A stretch of DNA of 26,486 nt from Planctomycetota bacterium. Lineage in GTDB: Bacteria > Planctomycetota > GCA-002687715 > DRQF01. Location of the stretch: the NCBI GenBank assembly GCA_036479435.1, contig JAZGFI010000234.1, positions 1 through 26,486 of the forward strand, written 5' to 3'. The translations under genes and the position numbers were made by a program. Below are positions 1-8,669 of the stretch, in pieces. Below the pieces are notes generated by a model. That model did no database searches. It saw only the letters and a program-made list of their open reading frames with translations, and was not told the DNA's origin. The first letter of the stretch is position 1, and each line of letters opens with the position of its first letter.

Positions 1-42
1 AACAAGACTCGCAATTCGAAGGCGCTATTCTCCGCATCAAAC

Positions 43-562
43 CTACGCCCCGCCTCTAAACCACCTTTGAGGCTCGTTGGCCTTGCCTGAAGGGATGGCG
101 AGAACCAGCAGATGCGGAATCGCTGCAGCGGGCTGCTCACTCTCGCCTTCAAAAACTTGGTTCGTATGCTTTCGGGGGCCAACGGCTTCGAGGCTGGATA
201 AAAGGATGACGCGCGTCACGCCGTACTTTTCACAAAGATCAAGGCTACTTGTGAACCTCGCTAGCGACTGTTCCAAGTTCTCGTGATCGCTCTCCAGACA
301 AAGTGGTGAGATGATAGCGGAGTTAGCTCGTGCTGATTTCGAGTCATTGGCCTTGGCAGTCGCCCCCCCCCCGCGAGCCGTCGAGGGAGGTAAGCGCGAT
401 ACTTTCCTGTCCGGCTGCCTGGAGACAGCGTACAAGCGCAGAGCCCACCCAACTTGAGGCGTCGGCGACGAGAACGGGAAGCCCAAGATGGGCCGAGGTT
501 TGGGGCGAAGCCGTGGATAGTGGATTTGTTTCGGAGTTCGTCATGATCTCAGTCAGGTTCAC
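43..562 (-). pseudogene. Frameshifted, degenerate NAD-dependent epimerase/dehydratase (extended SDR)-like gene
   Basis: ORF 344..562 has PVLVADASSWVGSALVRCLQAAGQESIAL, a degenerate version of the VLVTGATGFVGSALVxxL Rossmann start. ORF 43..486 has CEKYGVTRVILLSSLEAVG, typical of the SDR GVKRFVxxSS motif. The frames switch at a G10 run (C10 at 363..372); deleting one G joins them. The joined product is only about 170 aa. Confidence 0.55.
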
Positions 563-769
563 GCTTGGGGACTAAGCATCTCAAGAAACGGCGCCCTGCG
601 CTACCGCCGCCATGCACGGGGTGTTGGTGACGTCGATGCAAGTCCCTCAACGACCTGCATCCTAGCCGCCTGCTATCTCGGCTTTTGGCTCCAGCCGGGG
701 AGATGGGTGAAAACCCGAAAGAGGCCCCTGGTACTGGAGAGTGACGGCGTGGTGCCTGGCACGGAATGG

Positions 770-2194
770 TCAGCGGCGGGGATCGAGGTGGTCGCGGAGG
801 GCGTCGCCGAGTTGGTTGAAGGCGAAGACGACCAGAAAGACGGCCAGGCCCGGGAAAACGGCGAGGTGCCAGGTGTCGGCGAGGCGGGTGGTTTCGCGGG
901 CGTCGCGGAGGGCTTGGCCCCAGGAAGGTAGCTCATGGAGGCCGAGGCCCAAAAAGCTGAGGGTGGCCTCGATGAGGATGACGGCCCCCAAGATGAAGCT
1001 GGCGCTAACCCACAAGGGGGTGAGGGCATTGGGGATGATGTGGCGGAACAAGATTCGCCAAAAGTTGGCGCCGAGGGCGCGGGCGGAGCGGACGTAGTCG
1101 GAGTTTTTGGCTTTTTGGACCTCGGCGCGAACGAGGCGCGCGGGCATGGTCCAGATGACGGCGGCAATGAAGAGCGTGAGGATAACCACGCGCCCTTCGA
1201 CTTGCGCCGGAACGTAGGCGCCAAGGATCACCAATAAGAATAAGGCGGGGAGGCATAAAAAGGCTTCGATGAAGCGCGAGAGCAGCCAGTCGATGACGCC
1301 GCCCGCGAAGCCGGCGATGGCCCCGAGCAACAGGCCGAAGCCGCAGGCGAGAAGGGTGGCGGCGAGGGCGATGCCCATGGAAGTACGAGTGCCGTGAATG
1401 AGGCGCGACAAGAGATCTCGGCCCGTAGCATCGGTGCCGGCGAAATGGTTGGAGCTGGGTGAGGACAAGGTCGCGAAACCCGGATAGTCGGGGTCAATAG
1501 GCAGGGGCGCAAAAAACGCCGCGTCTAACTTTTGGAGCTCGGCTTCGTTGTCGTTTCGCAAGAGACCGAAGGCGAGTTGCTTTGCCCCGGCGTCAAGTTC
1601 TTCGTTCTCGAGGACTTCGAAGCGATCCTCGATGGCATTAGAGACGGTGGTGAGCAGGGGGAGTTGAGCCTTGAACTTGCTGAGAGCTTGGAAGGCTGGC
1701 TCGGGGTTGGTGGACATGGGCTGAAGATACTGGCCATCGATCTCCAAGAGCTGTCGTCGGGGTTCGATTTCGGCATGATAACGCCGCGTTTCGAACTTGG
1801 GATTGGCCGCGACCAAGGCCGCGAGGCCGCCGGCGAAAAGAAGAAGCGCCGCCCCGGCGAGAGGAACCTTGGGACCGAGAAAGCCGCGGATGGCGAAGGC
1901 TCTCAGGAATAGGAAACCCACGATTGCCGCCGCGATGAAAATGCCGAAGGCTTCCCAGGCACCCAGACCTTCGAGCCAGGGCGAGCCGAGAAAATATCGG
2001 TCGGTATCCATGTAGTAGGGCCGGTCCGAGGCAATCAGCGGCGCCAAGCCTCCCAAGACCGCCGCACTCACAATGACGACGAACGAAAACTGCGTGCTGC
2101 GCCGCGCCAAGAGATGAGTTTGCACAGGTCGCCGCCCTGACCTTGTTCGGGGGTTTTGGAGTTGGCGGACCGAGCGGCCAAAGAGCGCCTTCAT
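770..2194 (-). CDS. Peptide/nickel ABC transporter permease, OppC/DppC (YejE-like), with extended N-terminal region
   Basis: Motifs HFAGTDATGRDLLSRLIHGTRTS, EAA loop YVRSARALGA..RILFRHIIPN, EATLSFLGLG and GDALRDHLDPR. The start overlaps the upstream permease stop (ATGA at 2191..2194). Confidence 0.93.
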   Translation of the reverse strand: MKALFGRSVRQLQNPRTRSGRRPVQTHLLARRSTQFSFVVIVSAAVLGGLAPLIASDRPYYMDTDRYFLGSPWLEGLGAWEAFGIFIAAAIVGFLFLRAFAIRGFLGPKVPLAGAALLLFAGGLAALVAANPKFETRRYHAEIEPRRQLLEIDGQYLQPMSTNPEPAFQALSKFKAQLPLLTTVSNAIEDRFEVLENEELDAGAKQLAFGLLRNDNEAELQKLDAAFFAPLPIDPDYPGFATLSSPSSNHFAGTDATGRDLLSRLIHGTRTSMGIALAATLLACGFGLLLGAIAGFAGGVIDWLLSRFIEAFLCLPALFLLVILGAYVPAQVEGRVVILTLFIAAVIWTMPARLVRAEVQKAKNSDYVRSARALGANFWRILFRHIIPNALTPLWVSASFILGAVILIEATLSFLGLGLHELPSWGQALRDARETTRLADTWHLAVFPGLAVFLVVFAFNQLGDALRDHLDPRR

Positions 2195-3171
2195 CTTTGC
2201 GTCCTCGGGTCGAGCGCGGCAACGAGGACATCGCTGAGGGCGTAACCGATGAGCGTCAAAACCGCCGTCAAGAGCAGCAGCGCCTGGAGGACCGGGAAGT
2301 CGCGATCGAGGGTTGATTGAAAGGCGAGTTGGCCGATGCCTTGAATGTTGAAGATGCGTTCGACCACTACCGAGCCTCCGATCAGTCCCGGCAGCACGCC
2401 GCCGAAGACCGTCGCCACGGGCACCATCGCGTTTTTAAGGCCGAATCGCCATAAGATCGCGCGTTCGGAAATCCCCTGCGCTCGCGCGGTCGTGACCCAG
2501 TCGCGGCTGAGTTCTTCCACGAGGCTGTTGCGCGTGATGCGGGCGATAAAGGCGAGCCCCGGCAGAGCCAAGGCCAAGACGGGCAGTACTAAATGGTGAA
2601 GACGATCCGCAAACCAGCTCAACCAGCCGAAAGTAGCGGCGTCGGGATCGCTGATTCCTTCGAGGGGAAAAATCGCCCATCCCGCGCGCGTGGCGAAGAA
2701 GACGAGGAGAATCGTGGCGATCCAAAAGTCGGGGATGGACTGCATCCCGTAACAAGAAGCGCGCAGCCCGCGGTCCCAATTTGCATCGCGGCGGGAGGCC
2801 ATGAAGACCCCGAGGGGAATGCCCAAGGCGAACATCAACAATAAGGTCGTGGTTTGAATCCACAAAGTTGCGGGTAAAGCCGCGCCGATGATCTCACGAA
2901 CCGACCGAGGTTCGCGCATGGAGTCGCCAAAGTCAAAGCGAAGAGCCGATCCCATCCAATCGAAGAATCGAGGAATGAGCGGCTCGTCGAGCCGGAAACG
3001 CTCGCGAAAGGCCTCGTGCTGCGACTTGATCTCCGCTGCCTCAAGCCGCGTTCCCGCGTTCAGATCGAAAGCCGAAATCGTGTCCGGCAAATGCAGCACC
3101 GCGAAGTCCATGGCGAGGATCAACACGAGCACTGGCAGAGTCCAGGCGAGTCGTTTGATCAGTCTCGCCAT
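2191..3171 (-). CDS. Peptide/nickel ABC transporter permease, OppB/DppB family
   Basis: Motifs RLDEPL..RFFDW...FDFGDS, SIPDFW, HLVLPVLAL, WVTTARAQG, GSVVVERIFNIQGIG, RDFPVLQ and LDPR. Confidence 0.95.
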   Translation of the reverse strand: MARLIKRLAWTLPVLVLILAMDFAVLHLPDTISAFDLNAGTRLEAAEIKSQHEAFRERFRLDEPLIPRFFDWMGSALRFDFGDSMREPRSVREIIGAALPATLWIQTTTLLLMFALGIPLGVFMASRRDANWDRGLRASCYGMQSIPDFWIATILLVFFATRAGWAIFPLEGISDPDAATFGWLSWFADRLHHLVLPVLALALPGLAFIARITRNSLVEELSRDWVTTARAQGISERAILWRFGLKNAMVPVATVFGGVLPGLIGGSVVVERIFNIQGIGQLAFQSTLDRDFPVLQALLLLTAVLTLIGYALSDVLVAALDPRTQR

Positions 3172-3199
3172 CGGCTCTCGTTTTTTGCGCCGGACGGGT

Positions 3200-5050
3200 T
3201 CAATCTTCGACTCTTAAGTCCCAAACGCGCAGCCCGAGAGGATGGATCAAGACATTTTTGACGCGCTTGTTCCAGACGATGCAGCTCGGGTTGGTGAACA
3301 AAAACGTGATGGGCTGTTCGCGGTACAAGAGCATGTGGATCTTGTGGGCGAGTTCAATTCGTTTCACCTCGTTGCCACTCGAAGTGAATTGCTCAAGCAA
3401 GTGGTCGAGGTCGGCGTTAAGAAAGTTCTGCCAGTTGTAACCGCCCTTTGCCTGGCTTGAGTGCATCATGGATTTAAGATCGGGATTCAAGGCATCGAGA
3501 TCCCAGATCAAAATGTAGGCTGCGTTTTCGTGTCTCGCCGCGCGCTCGTAAAGCTGTCGACCGAGGTACTCGACGGTCATCGAAATGCCCACCTGGCGCA
3601 GGGTCTCGGCGAAGGGCTCAAGCACCGCTTTGGCCCAAGCATTGCTTGCGTTTTGACAGAGCATCGTGAACTCGAAGGGCTTGCCATCTTTGTCGAGCAG
3701 CCCGTCGCCGTCGCGATCTTTCCAGCCGGCATCGGCCAGATGTTTTTTGGCGCGGCGATCGCTCCATCGAAGCGGGCGAATCTTGGGGTTGCTGAAGGGG
3801 CTGTCGGCGAAAAAAGGGCCGCTAACGGGGTGCCCAAGTCCATGGTAGCGCTGCTCGTTGATGTGGGAGCGGGGCACCAGATTCCCAAGGGCCCGTCGTA
3901 CCCGCGCGTCCTCAAATAGAGGATGCTGGCAATTCCAGCCGATGTAGCTCCACTTTGAAAGGTAGTAGTGGGCCTTGTTGAAGTTCTCGTCCCAAGGCTC
4001 GCCTTCAAGGCGCACATAGGCATTCGGCGAGTTGACGGCGGCCAGGTCGACGAGCCCATTGATAAGCTGCTCTTCGATCTGCACGTTGTCGGTGACGACT
4101 TTTCGCACGATGCGTTCGAGGCGGTAGCGATTTTTGAAGATCGCGTGACCCTTGTCGCCCCACCAATTCATGACTCGCTTAAAGGTGATGGATTGCTTGG
4201 GATTCCAAACTTCAACGACATAGGGACCAGAGCCCGGCATTTGTTTCATCGCCGCGGCCTTTTTGGCATCGAGAGGCACGGCGTGCTTCGGCACGATGGG
4301 GAAGCTCAGGCCGAACACCATGGCGTCAATGGCTGTCGCCTCGTCTTTGAAGGTGACCGCGAAGCGGCGTGCATCGAGGGCTTCGATGGACGCAATGTCA
4401 GATCCGTTCATGGCGGACCAAACGTGGGAGGTCGCACTTTTGAGTGCCGGAAGTCTCAGGAGGTCCCACGCATGAACCGCATCGGCTGAGGTTAAGGCCA
4501 CACCGTCCGACCAAGTGGTCCCTTGGCGCAAAGTCCAGACCTGTCGCTTGCCTTCAAGCTGCGGCATGGATTCCGCGAGCCAGGGCATCGGACGCACTTC
4601 TTCGGGGTGGGCTACGACCAGGTTCATGTTGAGCTGGTAGCCAATGGCCTTCACATTCACTGGATCGTGCGCGGTAAGGGGGTTGAGGTTTGAGCAACCC
4701 TTGAAGGCTCGAATGACGACTTTGCCCTGAATAGGCCAGTCCTTTTCGAGTTCGGGATTGGCCTCGCCGTCGCTGACACGGCGCGGGTTTTCGGCGCGGT
4801 CGCCCGGGGCCTCGACGACCCGAAAAGTACCTTCGATTTGCGTGTCGGCATTGCCGTCAGCGTTTGCTGCGGTCTTAGCGGGAGGAGAGTTTTGTTTTTC
4901 GCTCGCAGGCTTTGCGTTGTTCTCATCATCGCCGCAGCCACCCAGCAAGAATGCGGGCAGGAAAAAAGCCAACAACAATGCGCGAACCATCGTTGATGGC
5001 CAGCTGGTGTCGCTGGCCAGTGGCGCGGCCGATTGTGGATCCGATATCAT
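3200..5050 (-). CDS. ABC transporter substrate-binding lipoprotein, family 5 (OppA/YejA-like)
   Basis: Lipobox LLGG-C; PWLAES..TLRQGTTWSDGVALTSAD; PGSGPY; FEDARVRRAL; AGWKDRDGDGLLDKDGKPFEF. GAGGAG RBS 8 nt before ATG 5050 (alternative ATG at 4990). Confidence 0.93.
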   Translation of the reverse strand: MISDPQSAAPLASDTSWPSTMVRALLLAFFLPAFLLGGCGDDENNAKPASEKQNSPPAKTAANADGNADTQIEGTFRVVEAPGDRAENPRRVSDGEANPELEKDWPIQGKVVIRAFKGCSNLNPLTAHDPVNVKAIGYQLNMNLVVAHPEEVRPMPWLAESMPQLEGKRQVWTLRQGTTWSDGVALTSADAVHAWDLLRLPALKSATSHVWSAMNGSDIASIEALDARRFAVTFKDEATAIDAMVFGLSFPIVPKHAVPLDAKKAAAMKQMPGSGPYVVEVWNPKQSITFKRVMNWWGDKGHAIFKNRYRLERIVRKVVTDNVQIEEQLINGLVDLAAVNSPNAYVRLEGEPWDENFNKAHYYLSKWSYIGWNCQHPLFEDARVRRALGNLVPRSHINEQRYHGLGHPVSGPFFADSPFSNPKIRPLRWSDRRAKKHLADAGWKDRDGDGLLDKDGKPFEFTMLCQNASNAWAKAVLEPFAETLRQVGISMTVEYLGRQLYERAARHENAAYILIWDLDALNPDLKSMMHSSQAKGGYNWQNFLNADLDHLLEQFTSSGNEVKRIELAHKIHMLLYREQPITFLFTNPSCIVWNKRVKNVLIHPLGLRVWDLRVED

Positions 5051-5081
5051 CTTCGATTCTCCTCACTTCGCTCTTGCGAGC

Positions 5082-6998
5082 TTATTTGCCGCCCATCACC
5101 GCCGAGAGATCCGCCGACTTCAACTCATAACGGTGTTTTAAGACACCCCATCGCGAAGCGGTGCGCGCGCGTGCGAGTTTTTGACGCAGCCGTCCTAATC
5201 GTAGCGACTCTTTGGCCTTCCGGCGGGTTTGGTGGTCGATTTGAAAGCGCGACGCCGAGGGCGCAATCACCTCATCGATCAAGGCCACGAAACCGAGACG
5301 ATATCCGGGGCTGAGTGCTGGCCCGAGCACATCGCCGGGTCTTAGGAGTCGCCGCTGGGGAGGATAAAGCTCGATGCCGTCGCGGTTCAGGGCATTCTGG
5401 ACGCGCTGCCCGAGAATGGACTTTGGATTAACCGGCGGAGTGAGCCCTGCGGCCGGTCGGATGAAGACCGGGGCGACCAGCTTTAGATTCATCTGGCCTT
5501 CGCTCAGAGCCGCAAAGGCCATGGTGCGGGCCTCATCGCGTTCAATTTTCTGGCCGTTTTCCTTGGCGCCTTTGATCTTAGCTTTGACCTCAGCCTCGAA
5601 CTTCGCATCCCAGTTCCGGTACTCATTTTGCGTATCGAACCAACGCAGCTCTTCTTCGAACACCGGCCAAGCTCGGGCTCGCACTTCCTCGGCTGAGCGT
5701 AGCCGCATGTCTTGAAACTCGTCGAGTTTCCAAATCGAGGCGTGGTAGCCAGGCTGCTCAACAATGCCATCGACGTAGTAAAGGCTGCCCGGGTTCGCGG
5801 TGTGTTTGCCACCCCGGTAGAGTTCGCCCGCCTTGACGCGGCGAAGACCGTAGTAGTGAGTGCCGCGAAAGGTCGGGTGATTGACGTGCTGAGCAATCGC
5901 CCGCAGGCCCAAGCGGACATGTGAAAGCCCGGTCTTTGCTGCCCAGGCTTCAAGATCGATGGGGCGGGGGCCAGCGTCGATCTCCGATCGCACCGCGCCC
6001 AGGTAGCGCGTCATCTTCCACTCTCGAATGAGGTGGTCCTTCAAGATGGCAAAGGACTCGGCTCCATCCAATTTCGCAGGGAGATCCGCATTGAGACGAG
6101 AGAGGTGTGAGAACCTGAACTGATCCCAACGCCCATGGATTTTCGAGATGTCGACGGCGCTGGGCTCAAAGCTTGCACAACGTTTTGCAAAGCTGCCGCC
6201 CGGCTCAGCGCGAGGTGCTTCGAAGAAGGTCTTGAAGCTGGCCGGGTAAAAGGAACTGAAGTCGCAGTAGAGAGCTTCGCAGGCTACCGCGGGGCGATCC
6301 AGGTCGTCAAAGCTCCGTTGCCGTTGCGGAGTCAGGGCTGTGAACCACTTGAGGTAGGCCGCGAGCGCTTCCGGGTTGTCGGGCTGATGCGCCTTTTTTG
6401 CCAAATGCGTATCGGGACCCATGGCGTAGACCGAGACGCGGTAGCTTGTAGTGAGCTCACTAAAGCGTTGCCTCACATCTTCTTCAGTTAACGGGGAACT
6501 TCCGAACTCGCGATCGGCAAACTGCTCCCCGAGGAACTCTTCGTACAGGTAGGCCTCGTAGGCCTTGAGTGACACGAATCCGCGTGCTTTGACCCAGGCC
6601 TCTAAAAGCTTGTGGTCGACGATCCCATTCGGCGCCCAGGTATCGCGCTGAGCGGCGTGGGTTTCGGCCATCCAAGTCGAAAACTCAGCGGCGCTCTTGC
6701 CCAAGCCCAAGGCTCGGGCCGCCTCGACTCGAATTGCTCGCGCCCAGGCGAGTTCGAGCCGCCGTTTAGGGCTCGACTTGGGATTGAGGCCCTCGATGAG
6801 CCGGTAGTGCCTAGTCATCTGGGCCGCGGAAACACCGATCTCGTGGTCGTCGACGCGAAAAGACCCGCCTCGAAGTGTTCCCGGATCAAACTTTGGCCCG
6901 GGCTTTTGCTTCGGGTCAAGGGTCTGGGCCCCAATCGAAGCTGCGGCGACCATTCCCAAGGTCAGCACGATGAATCCGCGCCAAAGACCTGAACGCAT
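5082..6998 (-). CDS. Secreted hypothetical protein, weakly SurA/PpiD chaperone-like
   Basis: Likely start ATG 6998 (GGGAG upstream), giving a signal peptide MRSGLWRGFIVLTLGMVAAASIGA-Q; the ORF extends to 7070. Segments GFVSLKAYEAYLYEEFL..PLTEEDVRQRF..YRVSVY, WKLDE..RLRSAEEVRAR and PGDVLGP..GFVALIDEVIAP resemble PpiD/SurA core and degenerate parvulin elements. Confidence 0.5.
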   Translation of the reverse strand: MRSGLWRGFIVLTLGMVAAASIGAQTLDPKQKPGPKFDPGTLRGGSFRVDDHEIGVSAAQMTRHYRLIEGLNPKSSPKRRLELAWARAIRVEAARALGLGKSAAEFSTWMAETHAAQRDTWAPNGIVDHKLLEAWVKARGFVSLKAYEAYLYEEFLGEQFADREFGSSPLTEEDVRQRFSELTTSYRVSVYAMGPDTHLAKKAHQPDNPEALAAYLKWFTALTPQRQRSFDDLDRPAVACEALYCDFSSFYPASFKTFFEAPRAEPGGSFAKRCASFEPSAVDISKIHGRWDQFRFSHLSRLNADLPAKLDGAESFAILKDHLIREWKMTRYLGAVRSEIDAGPRPIDLEAWAAKTGLSHVRLGLRAIAQHVNHPTFRGTHYYGLRRVKAGELYRGGKHTANPGSLYYVDGIVEQPGYHASIWKLDEFQDMRLRSAEEVRARAWPVFEEELRWFDTQNEYRNWDAKFEAEVKAKIKGAKENGQKIERDEARTMAFAALSEGQMNLKLVAPVFIRPAAGLTPPVNPKSILGQRVQNALNRDGIELYPPQRRLLRPGDVLGPALSPGYRLGFVALIDEVIAPSASRFQIDHQTRRKAKESLRLGRLRQKLARARTASRWGVLKHRYELKSADLSAVMGGK

Positions 6999-7088
6999 GT
7001 TGGAATCTCTCCCGGTGGTTGCGGCGAGTCGTCTCAGATCGAGCGAACCGCGCCTTTGTCGGGAGATCATAACTCAGAATCACCGCAC

Positions 7089-8669
7089 TTAGAGCGGATC
7101 AAATTCGCAAAGAGCTGAGACCAGTTGAACGCAGAGCACAAAGAGCGTGCCCCAGATAATCGTGCGGGTGACAGCCGTTGCGATGTCGCGACCACTTTCT
7201 TTCGGGCTGAGGCCCTGAAACCAGGCGATCGCACCGACACCCAGGGCCGAGACCAGGGACTTGGCCACCAGCCAGCCAGTGCCGGCGTAAAACCAAGAGT
7301 CGCCCGCGCCAAGGAAGCGGTTGAACTCGGCGGCCCAAAACCAAGTCGAGTACTCGCTGTGAATGATCACGAAGACCAAAAGGCTCGCGGCCCGGGCGCA
7401 CAAAAAGTTCACCGCAATCAGCAGCGGCATGCCCAAAAGCTGAGCCCAAAGCAGATTCGTAAAGAGGTAGCGCTCGGGGGCCACCCCGAAGGAGCGCAGC
7501 GCATCGGTCTGACGGCTGTAGACGCGGTTGCCGATGTCAGCCGCGATCGCCGCCCCGCTGCGGGCGGCCACCAACATCGCAGTCATGCCCGGTACCATGA
7601 TGCGATAAAGTCCGAAGCCGATCGCAGAAATGATGCGGTCGATGAGCAGCGGCTCGGTGTACTGCTTGAAGGGCAGAAAACTAAAAGTGAAATATGTCAC
7701 AATCAAGCCGAGGATAAAGCCCGAAATACCGACGTAGACCAAGGCCGATCCTAGCGAGGTCAAGCGCAAGTAGTAAAGCAGGTAACGCAAGCCCCAGCGC
7801 ATCCGCGGCCAGCGAGGAAGCAAAGCCCAAAGGGTGCGAAACGCCGCCTCCAAAACTTGGGCGCTCGCGACCATCCAGTTCTCGAGTCTTGCAGCAACGC
7901 TAGCCGCGCGCGGAGGGTTCGGTTCTTTGATGTCGGCACATCGCAGCTCATCCAACGTCAATTCGACGCGATCGGGAGGAACTTCGCGAAAACTCTTTGC
8001 GACGGGGTCGAGTAACAAGATGCGGTTGGCGATTCCCGCCAAGGCGGCAAGGTCGTGGGTAACCACCAAAGAAGTCTTTTGGAATTCGTCGTTCGTCTTG
8101 CGGATTCGCTCGGCGACGCGCGTGGACATCGCGGGATCGAGGCCGGACGTGGGCTCATCGTAAATGATGAGATCCGGGTGAAAGGCCAAGGTACGCGCGA
8201 GCGCACAACGTTGTTTCATGCCTCCACTGAGGGTCGCAACACGGCCCGCGTGATTGAGATCGAAGCCATCGATGAGTTCGTTGATGGCCGCGGCGCGCGG
8301 CGTTTCGGATTTGCTGCGGCGATGGTCCAGTCCGAAGCCGATGTTCTCGCGGGCATCCCATTCGTCGAACAAGCCAAAATCTTGAAAGACGATGCCAGCG
8401 CGCTCTCGTGCTGCTTTATGGACGGGTTGACCAAAAATTCGGATGTCGCCAGAGACGTCGAAAGCCGGGTCCTCGCGGTCGAGTAGATCCAACAACAAGC
8501 GCAGTGTCAGGGACTTGCCAGTGCCGGAAAGACCCACGAGCAGCACGACTTCGCCCCGGGCGACGGTCATCGAAGCTCGGTCCAAAAGGGTCCGCCCTCC
8601 GGCGAGGAGGACCAGGTCTTGGACGTCGATGGCCAAAACCTCCGATTCCTTGGTCGCGCTTTCGCTCAA
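7089..8669 (-). CDS. Fused MlaF-type ABC ATPase (N-terminal) + MlaE-family permease (C-terminal)
   Basis: Walker A GLSGTGKS, Q-loop VFQD, signature LSGGMKQR, Walker B/D-loop IIYDEPTSGLDP, H-loop VTHD. The C-terminal half has MLVAARSGAAIAADIGNRVYSRQTDALRSFGVAPERYL and DIATAVTRTII, matching MlaE. One uninterrupted 526-aa frame; the TTG start overlaps the upstream TGA. Confidence 0.88.
   Translation of the reverse strand: MSESATKESEVLAIDVQDLVLLAGGRTLLDRASMTVARGEVVLLVGLSGTGKSLTLRLLLDLLDREDPAFDVSGDIRIFGQPVHKAARERAGIVFQDFGLFDEWDARENIGFGLDHRRSKSETPRAAAINELIDGFDLNHAGRVATLSGGMKQRCALARTLAFHPDLIIYDEPTSGLDPAMSTRVAERIRKTNDEFQKTSLVVTHDLAALAGIANRILLLDPVAKSFREVPPDRVELTLDELRCADIKEPNPPRAASVAARLENWMVASAQVLEAAFRTLWALLPRWPRMRWGLRYLLYYLRLTSLGSALVYVGISGFILGLIVTYFTFSFLPFKQYTEPLLIDRIISAIGFGLYRIMVPGMTAMLVAARSGAAIAADIGNRVYSRQTDALRSFGVAPERYLFTNLLWAQLLGMPLLIAVNFLCARAASLLVFVIIHSEYSTWFWAAEFNRFLGAGDSWFYAGTGWLVAKSLVSALGVGAIAWFQGLSPKESGRDIATAVTRTIIWGTLFVLCVQLVSALCEFDPL

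Noticed and set aside
3685..3725. DRDGDGLLD EF-hand-like motif in the binding protein
   Set aside because: A common feature of family-5 substrate-binding proteins, so not novel.
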